Source: Perna viridis
Lineage: Eukaryota
Assembly (NCBI GenBank): GCA_037379345.1
Contig: CM074517.1
Span: 5,022,001 to 5,086,000, forward strand
Direction of reading: 5' to 3'
Length of the DNA stretch: 64,000 nucleotides
Positions 12,332 through 23,600 of this stretch are shown here, piece after piece. The position numbers and the translations under genes are program-made. Every line of letters starts with the position of its first letter. Within the stretch, counting starts at the first letter, position 1. The notes below the pieces were generated by a model that had not been told where the DNA came from, searched no databases, and saw only the letters and a program-made list of their open reading frames with translations.

Positions 12332-15300
12332 TTATTCCATTTCGTCCATGGGTGGACATAGGGCGACTACAGTTTCTCTCCATTCGCTTCGGTTTTGGGC
12401 GATGGTGTTACAATTCTTCCACGTTAGTCCTACTCTCTTCAGTTCAGAGTTCAAACCCCTCCTCCAGGTGTTCTTTGGTCTTCCTCTTTTTCTTTGCCCT
12501 TGGGGATTCCAATCTTAAGCTTGCTTTGTAGTGTTTTTATTGTTCTTCCTTAAAGTATGACCAATCCATTTCCATTTTCGGGTTCGAATGGTGTTTTCTA
12601 TTGGTTGTTGTTTTGTTCTTTGCCAGAGTTTCTTGTTTTTTATTTTTTCTGGCCATCTGATATTCAGTATATTTCTTAGGCATTTGTTAACAAAGACTTG
12701 TATAGATTTCATGGTGTTTTCTGTTTCTCTCCAGGTCTCGCAACCATATAACAGGACAGACTTAACATTGCTGTTGAAAATTTTGATCTTAGTAGTCGTT
12801 CTCAGTGTTCTACTTTTCCATACTGGCTTTAGAATGGAAAAAGCCTGTAATGCTTTCATCTTTCTGGCTTGTACATCTTCGTCAGTGCCTCCAGTTGTAC
12901 TCATGACACTTCCAAGGTACGTAAATTTATCTACATTCTCTATCTGTTGGTTATTTACCAATATTGGATCCATCTGGTTTTGTTGGATTCTCATGGCTTT
13001 GGTTTTGGCTGTGTTGATATACAATCCTGTTCTTTTAGCTGTTTCTTCGAGATGGTTGACCTGGTGTTGGGAATCTTGAAGACGATGCGATAGTGTGCAT
13101 ATGTCGTCTGCAAATTCGAGGTCTTCTAGACGAGATGTTAGTGTCCATTGTATACCATGAGGGTCGTTGTAAGCTGTTGTTGCTATCCAGTCGATGACTA
13201 TGAGAAAGAGAAGGGGAGAGAGAATGCATCCTTGCCTTACGCCAGTTGTTATAGGGAAAGGATCCGTCAATGTACCAGCATGTATGACCTGACAAGAGAA
13301 TTCTTCATACAGTAACTTAATCATGGAAATAATCTTAGGAGGAATCCCATAGTGTCCTAGAATGTTCCATAAGACCTGATGATCTATGCTGTCAAATGCT
13401 TTCTGGAAGTCAATAAAGTTTAGATATAGGGATGACTGCCATTCGATCGTTTGCTCAATAATTATTCTGAGTGTTGCAATCTGGTCGACACATGATCGTT
13501 CTTGTCTAAATCCAGCTTGTTCATCTCTCAGCTTGCTATCAATCTCTTCTTTCATTCTTTGTAAGATTATACTGCATAGGATTTTACTAGGAATGGACAA
13601 AAGAGTTATTCCTCTCCAGTTGTTGCAATTGGATTTGTCCCCCTTTTTAGGTAGTTTTACCAAGAGTCCCTTTTGCCAGTCTTTTGGAATTTTTTCTTTT
13701 TCCTATATCTGGTTTAATAGCCCAAGAAGATATTGAATGGTAGTGTCATTCATGGACTTGAGGGCTTCTGGTGGTATGCCATCGATTCCCGCTGCTTTCC
13801 CATTCTTAAGATGTTTTAGGGCTTTTCTTACTTCATTTTCGGTAATTTTGTCAGTCTCTATGTTAAGTGTTGGACCTTCTTCAAGTATTGGTGGATTTGT
13901 TGGTGGTGGTCTGTTCAATACCTCACTAAAGTGTTCTTTCCATCTGTCAAGCTGATCTTCTAGCTTTGTGAGGGTATTGTTGTTTTTATCTTTGACTGGT
14001 AAATTTTCATTTTGAGAGATCTTTCCACTGAGTTGTCTTGTGATGTTATACAATGTTTTGATGTCTCCTTTTAAGCAGGCGTTTTCAGCTTCTACTGCTA
14101 ACTTTTCAGCATGGTTTCTTTTATCTCTTTTACAGCTTTTCTTCACTTCTCTGTCTTTTGCGCTGTAAAGGTCTTGCAGGTTTTTCTTTTGCTGTCTGGT
14201 TTTGGCACTCATCAACTTTTCTTTTATTTCCCTTCTTTCAGATATTGTATCCCATGTTTGATCTGACATCCATTTCTTTCTTTTCACTTGAATGAAACCA
14301 ACTGTTTCTTCGCATGCTTCCAGAATGGCTGTCTTTGTTGAGTTCCAGATGTCATCAATATCATTGTTCATTTCTTCGTTGTCAAGATCTAATAAAGTAC
14401 TAAATTTGTTCCTGAATGTAATTTGGAAGTTTTCTTTCACTTTCTGATCTTTAAACTTCTCAACATTAAACTTCCTTTTTGTAGTCTCTCTTTTCTTTGT
14501 TGTTAAAAGCTTGAGTTTAATTTTTCCAATTACAAGGTGGTGATCTGATGCTGCGTCTGCTCCACGTTTTGTTCGTACATCTTGTAATGAAGATCTCCAT
14601 CGACGGCTTATTGTTATGTGGTCTATTTGGTTTTCAGTGTCTCCAGATGGTGAAATCCAGGTGGTTTTATGACAAGATTTATGTGGAAACCAAGTACCGC
14701 CAATTACTAGACTGTTTATAGCGCAAAAGTCAGCAAACATCTCTCCGTTCTCATTCATTTGCCCTATTCCATGTGGTCCTATCTCCCTTTCTCTACCTCC
14801 TCTGTCATCACCTACTTTGGCATTCAGATCTCCTAAGATGATAAGGATGTCTCTTTTAGGAACGGCATTAACAACTGATTGTAATAAGTTGTAGAAGTCA
14901 TTTTTATCATCTTCGTCTGCGGTGTTTGTTGGTGCATACACCTGTATAAATGTTGTTTTCTGGAATCGAGTGTCAAATCTAGCTGATATCACTCTTGCAG
15001 ATATTGGATTCCACTCCAAAAGCGATTTCTTGGCTTTCTTTGTAAGCATGAATCCCACGCCTTTGTCATGTATGTCGTCTTCATTTGGATTTCCTGAGAA
15101 TATGACCGTATGACCTGAAGATAGTGTTGTCATTCCAGCTGTATTCCATCTTACTTCGCTGAGTCCTAGAATTTCGATATTGTATCTATCCATTTCGTTC
15201 GCAATTTGCAAGCTTTTGCCACTTTGATACATTGTTCTAACATTCCAAGTGCCTATGGTTGTTGGTTGTTTTGGTGAGAACAACTTCATCAGCTTTCGCG

Positions 15301-15394
15301 TCATTTGCTGTCCTCGATGTTTGGTTTGGTCCTCTTTCTCTAGTCGTTGACGAGTCCGAGGAATGACTTTTACTGTAATCGTTTCTGTAACCAT
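12332..15394 (-). pseudogene. RTE APE-RT ORF interrupted by two in-frame nonsense codons
   Basis: The ORF-track pieces 13703..15394 and 12515..13663 share one frame. TAG at 13703-13705 sits where W is expected (QI*EKEKIPKDW). TAA at 12515-12517 sits where L is expected (QA*DWNPQGQRKRGRPKNTW...VVALCPPMDEME*). The natural stop is at 12332-12334. Confidence 0.88.
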
Positions 15395-15768
15395 TTGTAT
15401 CCACTAGTGGGGGGTTGGCCCTCTAGCTTCAGCTTTATTTTAATGTGGTGGTCAGCAAGTCCCTCACATGCTTTTGTATCAGAGTCAGCTCTCCTAGATA
15501 GGTTCCCTACCATGGGTGACGACTCCTTTCTAGCCGGGTTTTACATCAGAGTTTCCTCTCCTAGACAGGTTCCCTTTCAAAGGTTTGATCCCAGTCTGAC
15601 CATCGTTTTCTGTCTGGGTTGTCTCCCGTAGCCTTTGACTCAACAGTCCATCACAAGGCAGCGATCTATTTAACCCATAGGTGGGGCAAGGTTGGTGAGA
15701 GCCAGGGCGTGTTCCACGCGCCGGTGGGCCTGCACTCTGCACCTCTAGGGTCCTTGTTACTCCGAGAT

Positions 15769-16005
15769 CCCCTTCATGTTAGCCTTGAGTACTAGACCCA
15801 AGTTACCGTGTGTTACCTCGGGGAGGCAAATTGAAGGAGTCTTGGTAGTGTAGAGGCTATGTACTGCCAGAGGAAGGCTTCTGCTTACGCTGCTCCCCTT
15901 TTCGTCTACACGTAGACTAGCCAGCGTCAGTAGCGATCTAGAGACGTTTGATCACTACTGCACTAGACGCATATCACTACCCTGTGGTTATTAAGCCACC
16001 CACAC
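15769..16005 (-). ncRNA. Putative HDV-like self-cleaving ribozyme at the 5' end of the RTE element
   Basis: Manual fold on the - strand: P1 GUGUG(16005-16001)/CACAC(15812-15808); P2 CUCCUUCA/UGAAGGGG; P3 GCC/GGU; L3 UCCCCGA; P1.1 CC/GG; P4 CUUGGGU/ACUCAAG; J4/2 GCUAA with the candidate catalytic C at 15782. Confidence 0.7.
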
Positions 16006-17785
16006 AGGATTTCATTTACACTGATATAATACTATTTGATAGGTATAAGATAATACCATTCCATTTAGCTCAGGATAGTCTCACTGATCCAACACACCTA
16101 ATATTCTGAAGATTCTGATTTAAAGGATGCAACTTATCTCATGGCTCATCTTGGCTTATATATCCTTAGAATCAAATGGGGACAAAAAGAGTTATACTAC
16201 TAAGGCTTTACGGTCGTCATCCGATATGGTGTGTCCATCTAAACATGAGAGCATATTCGCTAAATTTGTGTATGTATATACCGGGCATGATACAAGACAC
16301 TCGAGGGAACTCGTTTATATGTAGGCTACTAGGACATGTTCGGTCCATATTCATGATTTTTGTAGAGTCCGTGTGGCTCGATGTTTCATTTTATATCTGT
16401 ATATTATGTGTCTTTTCTGTCCCAGTTTCTTTGCTAAGATTTCAACCGCCCCGACATCGATTTTTACAAAAAAATTGGTGCAATTTTAGTCTTTATTAAT
16501 AGGATTTACATTACAAGTGGGTAGTGATTTCAATTTGTGATGCTAAAAAAATACAATACTTTAATTTTCCGTAATTCCACTAATAGGGGGATTCCGGTTA
16601 AGGAAAGTCTAAATTTTCAAATAAAAATAAAATTATTTAGCCCATAAGTTAATTTAAAACCCTTGCCATCTTTGTGAAGTGGCCTTAGGGAGGGGTTACC
16701 GGAATAGTAGTAATTAAGTTGTTAATTTCGAAAATGAACCGTTCGCCGGAACTAATATAGAACACTTCAAGTTCGTTGAAGTGTAACAGTATAAGATAGT
16801 ATTTATAACGGTAGAAAATCATTATGACAAAACGGACAATTAGATAAAACATGACCCCATTTCCCCTCCGCTCTAGGCTATATTTGTACCATAAACATGA
16901 CCTCCTTACTTTAAGTGGTTGTATTTTATACCTATGAGGACCGAAATGAATATTTACAATTTGTAATTTCAGTGAAGCATTGGAGAGCTCTCATCAAGGA
17001 CAGGTGTCGACTTTTACCTGAAAATGTCATAATTTTCAGTTGTTCGGTATATAAATGGTGATATGTTAAATTTGCCTACGGCAAAATGTTTGAAAAAACT
17101 GTTCACAATTCGGGTCCGAACTATAGCCACGGGAAGCTATCCAGTAAAATCTTAAACAATGCTATAAACTTTAAAACGGGTAAGTGCTATACTTATACAT
17201 GTATTATTTATGAGAAATCAAACAAAAGAAACTTAACTGATCAAGGTGATTTTATATGACATTGTATATAAATTCTGACATATGTATCATCATTTTGACA
17301 TGTACAACTGACAGGCGCATAATTATACGGTATATTACTAAACAGTTAAGGTTGCCTGGATTGTGTAAACATCAAATTAGCGGCAATTAAAAAAAAACAG
17401 AAATTATGAAAAAGAATTAGTGACAAATGTGTGACAAATGTGTGACTTCCGTTATACTGCTAATGATAGTAAATGGATTGATAGGCAGTCTTCATAAGGT
17501 AACTATTCATAACCAAAAGTTGCTAAATCAATGTTCTATCTACTGTACTCTTGTTGCTCCTTGTCGGCTCCTGATTGTGATATAAAAGATGTTATGATAC
17601 GCTATGTATTGCTTTTGTAATCCGGAAGAGCCCGAAAAACATTAAGCGCTAATTGTGCCTCTAATATCTCTATAGTGCTGTGTTCTAAAAAGGAAAGGTG
17701 CCTGGTGGCTCTTTCTACCTTCTCCTAAAATAAAACAGTAAAATACAAGAGCTGGCAAAACAAAACAAGCAGTTATAATAGTGTA

Positions 17786-19053
17786 ACAAAACAATACTAG
17801 ATATGTACCCTGTTCCGTGTGTAACAAAATGAACATGTACCATATGGCGTTGAAAACTATAATGGACTTGTTTCCTATGCCTTGACTAACAATAAGGACA
17901 TGTTCCCTATGCCTCGAGTAACAATAAGGACACTAGTGTTCCCTATGCCTTGAGTAACAATAAGGTCACTACTGTTCCCTATGCCTTCAGTAACAATAAG
18001 AACGTGTAACGATAACGGACATGTTCCTTAAGCCGTGAGTAACAATAAGGACCTGTTCCATATATAAATATACTGGATCTGTTTCCTATGCTGTAATTGC
18101 AATATTGGACCTGTTCCTCTTTGTCGTGAGTAACAAAGCAATACTGGATCTGTTCCCTATGTCGTGAGTAACAAAACAACACTGGATGTGACCATGTGTC
18201 GTGAGTAACAAAGCAATATCGGATTTGTTCCCTATGTCGTGAGTAACAAAACAATAATGGATCTTTTCCCTATGCCTAGGTAACAAAACAATATTGGATC
18301 TGTTCCCTATGCCGTATATAACAAAGAAATATCAGATCTGTCCCTATGTCGTGAGTAATAAAGCAATATCGTAGGTAACATAACAATACTGCATGATCTG
18401 TTCCTATGTCGTGATAACAAAGAAATATCGGATCTGTCCCTATGTCGTGAGTAACAATGAAATCGGATCTGTTCCCTATGTTCTGAGTAACAAAACAATA
18501 CTGGATCTGTCTCTATGTCGTGAGTAACAAAACAATCATGGACCTGTTTCCTATGCCATGAATAACAAAACAATTCTGGATCTGTTCCCTAAACTGTCGA
18601 TCTCAAAACAATACTGGATCTGTTCCCTTTGCTGTGTGTGAATTAACAATACTTGATCTGTTCCCTATGTCGTAGCAAAACAATATTGGATCAGTTTCCT
18701 ATGCCGTAAGTAACAATACTCGACCTGTTCCCTATGTCGTGAGTTACAAAACAATACTGGATCTGTCTGTATGTCACGAGTAACAAAACAAGACCGGATC
18801 TGTTCCATATGCCGTTGGTAACAAAACAATAATGGATCTATCACTTAGTCGTGAGCAACAAGGCAATATCGGATTTGTTCTCTATGTCGTGAGTAACAAA
18901 ACAATACTGGATCTGCCTGTATGTCATGAGCATCAAAACAATACTGGGTCTGTTCCCTATATTATGAGTAACAAAACAATAATGGATCTGTCTCTATGTT
19001 GTGAGTAGCAAAACAATACTAGATTTTTTCCCTATGGCGTGGGTAACAAAACA
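17786..19053. repeat. Degenerate 38-bp satellite (AACAAAACAATACTGGATCTGTTCCCTATGTCGTGAGT)
   Basis: Roughly 30 diverged tandem copies; they explain the repetitive minus-strand ORFs at 17979-18573. Confidence 0.9.
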
Positions 19054-20614
19054 GGAAACAAAATGCATCTCTTCGCTTTGCTGTATGGTATTCACAAATT
19101 ACCTACTTCTTTCTATGCATAATTCCTATTCAGAATTTTCACATATTACTGGTATTATTTTTTTCTGGTGATTTTCCATCAATTTTAACGATTTTTTATA
19201 TACCAAAAAAGGGATAAAACCACCAGAAGTGTTTTAAATTTGTTTTATCTTATACATAAGCGGTGTATTTTTCGAGATCGTTCAGTCTTAGGTTAGCTTC
19301 GATAGGTGTAATTGTGAATCTATCACAAAGAGATTTATGATGTTACAATATCAGCTTTAGTAGGACTTAGTGTTCCTCAAAATCACAAATGTTTGGATTG
19401 TATAAAAACGGTGATCAAAAGTTTCTTTTATCAAATATATATATATATCGACAATGTGACCGAATTCTTTTGGTCTTAGATTTCATCTCGTTAAAATTTC
19501 CATGACATTAAAACGTTTTTCGAAAAGTCTTACATTCCTTGTATATAAACTAACGTGTAACAAACGAAGTAATTTTAAAGTATCTATACCTCTGGGGAAC
19601 ACAGAACAGCCTATAGGCGTATACATGTATTTATAAAATCTATGCACACTTTTACAACTACTGTCATGTTATATAATATAACAGAAACCTTTTATTTTTG
19701 TCTGTGCAGTGTAAGATATCATAATAAAAGAAGTCGTTGTTCGTATTACGCTTGATCTTGATTTCACCTTGACAGAAAATATAAATACATACATGGTATA
19801 GCGTTTCTTAACCTTTAAAATATTCAGATGACACTAGATATCTCTGTTGTCAGGATTGTAACACTTTAATATATTTTTCTCGGTCAAACGATGATAATCG
19901 AGGCTTGAACTCTTGAGTTTTGGAAATAATTTGTAAAAAAGTATACAACGTACCTAAGAATCCATGATCACTTGGTACTTGTGAGGAAGTAAGTATTGTT
20001 CTGACTAAAAACCAGGCAGGGGGTGATTCATCACATAACAAAACTGTTTAAATACGTTTGTTAGGTGTTAGGTCCTAAAAACAACTCTTCCTATGTCTGT
20101 TGTATATCGTAAAATATTTTTGACGGATTATACAGTGTAAAAAGTCTGGCGAGAAATTTCCCCGTACTTTTTCTGAAGTAGAATATAACCAAATTCTACA
20201 TGTTTATATCTCCAGTGGGCAACTTTTATTCGCACTTTTGTTTTTATGAGGCCTACTGAAGGATTTCCAATCAAAAATATTTTTGACTAAGAAATGCATG
20301 AGTCACTTATAAGCTGCTCCTTTGTTTTAAGGCAGAGATGCACTTAAATGTACGTGCATTTTGTTTTGTCATATTGGTATTACACGGGAAACCGATATTC
20401 TCTTTCCCTCTCACGATGGTAATTATGCTTCAAACATCAGCATAGAATATGAAGTCAGAATGAACATCTTTTAAATATCATTATGAGTAATTGTGATTGT
20501 GTATTTAAAAAATAGCCATGATACAAATGTAGTTCGTCCTTTAAGATTTCCTATTTTGAATACATTCAGCCTTACTTCCCCGCTGCTATTAGTTTTTTTT
20601 CTATTTTTAGGAGA

Positions 20615-23600
20615 ATGGCTTTGACAGAAGAGCGTGCAGCCTGTCTGTTTTGGGCCGGTACTATATGTGCATTCCTGTTTACCATATTGTATTCATCATT
20701 CTGCATTCTTAAAATGTAAGTTGAATCTCGTAACTACAATGAATAATTCCATCCATTTTCAAAGTCAAATACCGATAAACTAAACAAGGTAAAAAAAAAC
20801 AAACAATAACAATTTTAAATTGTTCACCAGCATTGGCTAGAGGGCACGATAAAAGTAAAAAGGTCAACGACACGTTGTGTTTTAGGATGCAACAACCAAA
20901 ATCCACCAAAACTTTAATATATTAGTATTGTCGATGTAAGAAATGACAGTGAACAGATCGATTATCGAGCATTGTACATTGGTCGTGATTGAGAACAGAT
21001 CGATTATCGAGCATTGTACATTGGTCGTGATTGAGAACAGATCGGTTACCGAGCATTGTACATTGGTCGTGATTGAGAACCGATCGATTACCGAGCATTG
21101 TACATTGGTCGTGATTGAGAACCGATCGATTACCGAGCATTGTACATTGGTCGTGATTGAGAACAGATCGATTACCGAGCATTGTACATTGGTCGTGATT
21201 GAGAACAGATCGGTTACCGAGCATTGTACATTGGTCATGATTGAGGATTTTTAGGAATAATTGTGTTCCCCAGTTCATTTTTGTTACTATTTCCACAAAC
21301 TACATTTTTGTACTACCGTTTCACAAACAAATCAAGTATCAAGGTTTGACAAAAAAATTTCTATTGATAAGTGATCAATGTGGACTTTGGCTTTTTAAAT
21401 CATTTATGATATATTTCAGAAACTGCAATGAATGAATTTACTCAGCCTTATATATTTTAAAGGCGTTGGAGGCTACAATTAATTATTGAATTTTTATTTT
21501 CTAAAATTGAAAGACAATTAAAGATAATAACCCTTTTTTTATTTTAAAATAACATTTTTTATGGCACGTCGTATTATATTTATTCCAATTTGTAGATATC
21601 TTCTATTTTTATAAGATATCTTACAAAATAAATAAAATATCTTATGTAATGTACAGTTTATAAGATATTTTTTTTTAAATATATAAGATATTTTTTTAAA
21701 TATATAAGATATCTTAAATACTTTATCATATATCTTACATAGGTTATAAGGTATTTCATTAGTATACAAGATACATAATAAACCGAGATATCTCATATAT
21801 ACTTTATAAGATATCTTTATGCAGAATACTAGAACGTCAACAACTGCTCCCTTGCAAATAGCCAATCATAAATTTAAGAAATAATTCGTGGAGGGGGTAG
21901 ATTTGTGCTCATTTTAACATGGGGTCGGCATTTATATTCGATTATTTAACACCGAGCGACATGAGGACGTGATGTTAGAAATTCCATTTATTCGCTGCAG
22001 TACTTGGCGGCGCAAATTTAACGGTAGAGGAAAGGTATACAAACGTTTTATGCAATGGCTTGAAAGCTTTTAAAAGAGCCAATTGTCGCTCCGACACACA
22101 TGATCAAGTTTCTGTCGTCCAAAATTTAGGGACCCTTTATTGTTATCATACCGGGTATAAGATATGAGATTAAAACTTTCTTTTACAGGACATATTCTTT
22201 GTAACATATCTCATAAGGTTTTTTTTTACAATATCTTATAAACTTCACAAGTTATCTTATTAACTGTATCAGATATAAATAAAATTATATAAGATATCTC
22301 GTTTCTTTTATAGAGTAATCAAGAGAACCAAGGTTATAGTGGTAATCAAAAGAACGCAATCCAGGGACAAAGACCAGACACGGAAAACAGACATACAAAA
22401 CAAAGAACACAAAGTAACCAAAACCATACATACAAATTAACAAAAGCAAATGAGCAACTCGGACTCCACTAAAAACTGGGAGCATGGACCAGGTCCACCT
22501 TCAGGGTAAGCGTCCACTGCTCCTCTAGAAACACCCGCCGAGTTGCTCACAAAAAGTCAAGTCCGGGGTAGACAAACGAGGAAAGGAAACCCATGACCCG
22601 TTGAATAAATCAGTTTTCATGGTGCAGATGGATACACCATAACGATCCACGAGTTCATGATGACGACCATAAAACTTCTGTAGTGATGACTTCAATCTTG
22701 TAGCAACATAACCTAGTTCCAGAAGCCTATTTGTTAGAGTTCGAGCGCGATACAAAAAGTCTGGGTAGTTTCGGCAAGCTCTGGCATAACGTATGAGTTG
22801 TGATATGAACACTCCATACGCAGGTGCTGAAGGGATGTTGCAACAGATGAAAGGAAAGTTGACAATTTTTAATGAAAAGTCATCACGTTTATCGTAAAGT
22901 TTGGTCAATAGTTTTCCTTTACCATCGATTACTAAGTGTAGGTCAAGATATGAGGCTGACTTCACAGTGTCTGTAGTATCCTTTATCTCAAGTTCTTTTG
23001 GGTAGATGCGATGTATGAAATCCCCGAAATTAGGATTGTTTAAAGATAATACGTTATCTATATAGCGGTAACTGAGATCAAAGGATCTAGCCAAACGATA
23101 TTCTTTCTTTCGGATCAGATCAGCTATAAAGTCAGCCTCATAAGAGTGAAGGAATAGATCAGCAAGTAAAGGAGCACAATTTGTTCCCATTGGAATGCCG
23201 ACCGTTTGTTGAAAAACACGTCCACCACACAGGACAAATATGTTGTCGATTAAAAATTCCAGCATTTTGTAAACATCTTCCTCTGTATATTTGGAAGATG
23301 ATTTGAATTATTTCTTACAAAGTATGAGGAATCTCTACCAAGAACTATATATTTGTATCTAGGTGTACCATCTGTTTTGGAAAAACAACGATGCATAATG
23401 TTTTTAAGTCGGGATTTTAACTGGGTATGGGGAATAGAAGTATACAGTGTTGTAAAATCATAGGTGTTAATGCAATTATATTCACATAATAGTTGTGAAC
23501 TGATTGTCTCCAAAAGATCTTTCGAATTTTTCAGGATCCACATTGAATTAATACCACTACGAGAGTAACAAGTGTTGTGGTAGGACTGCAGACCCTCTTT

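Larger units (their letters stand above)
12322..16005 (-). mobile_element. Full-length RTE-clade non-LTR retrotransposon (APE endonuclease + reverse transcriptase)
   Basis: TSD CAGGATTTCATTT at 12309-12321 and 16005-16017. ~610-nt 5' UTR. APE motifs IGTWNVRT, LGLSEVRW, GDLNAK, NQIDHI and SDHHLV. RT motifs FIDFQKAFDS, GVRQGCILSP, FADD and YLGS. Short (ATAAATC)n 3' tail. Confidence 0.93.

Noticed and set aside
12515-13705. Programmed readthrough or recoding at the two RTE stops
   Set aside because: TAG and TAA are single substitutions from the expected TGG and TTA; simple decay is more parsimonious.
16127-16324. Short ORF with a signal-peptide-like start as first exon of the RING gene
   Set aside because: No supported phase-compatible splice link; the exon at 20611-20715 already supplies an ATG.
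20882-21296. Three repeat-protein ORFs
   Set aside because: Artefacts of a 42-bp intronic minisatellite.
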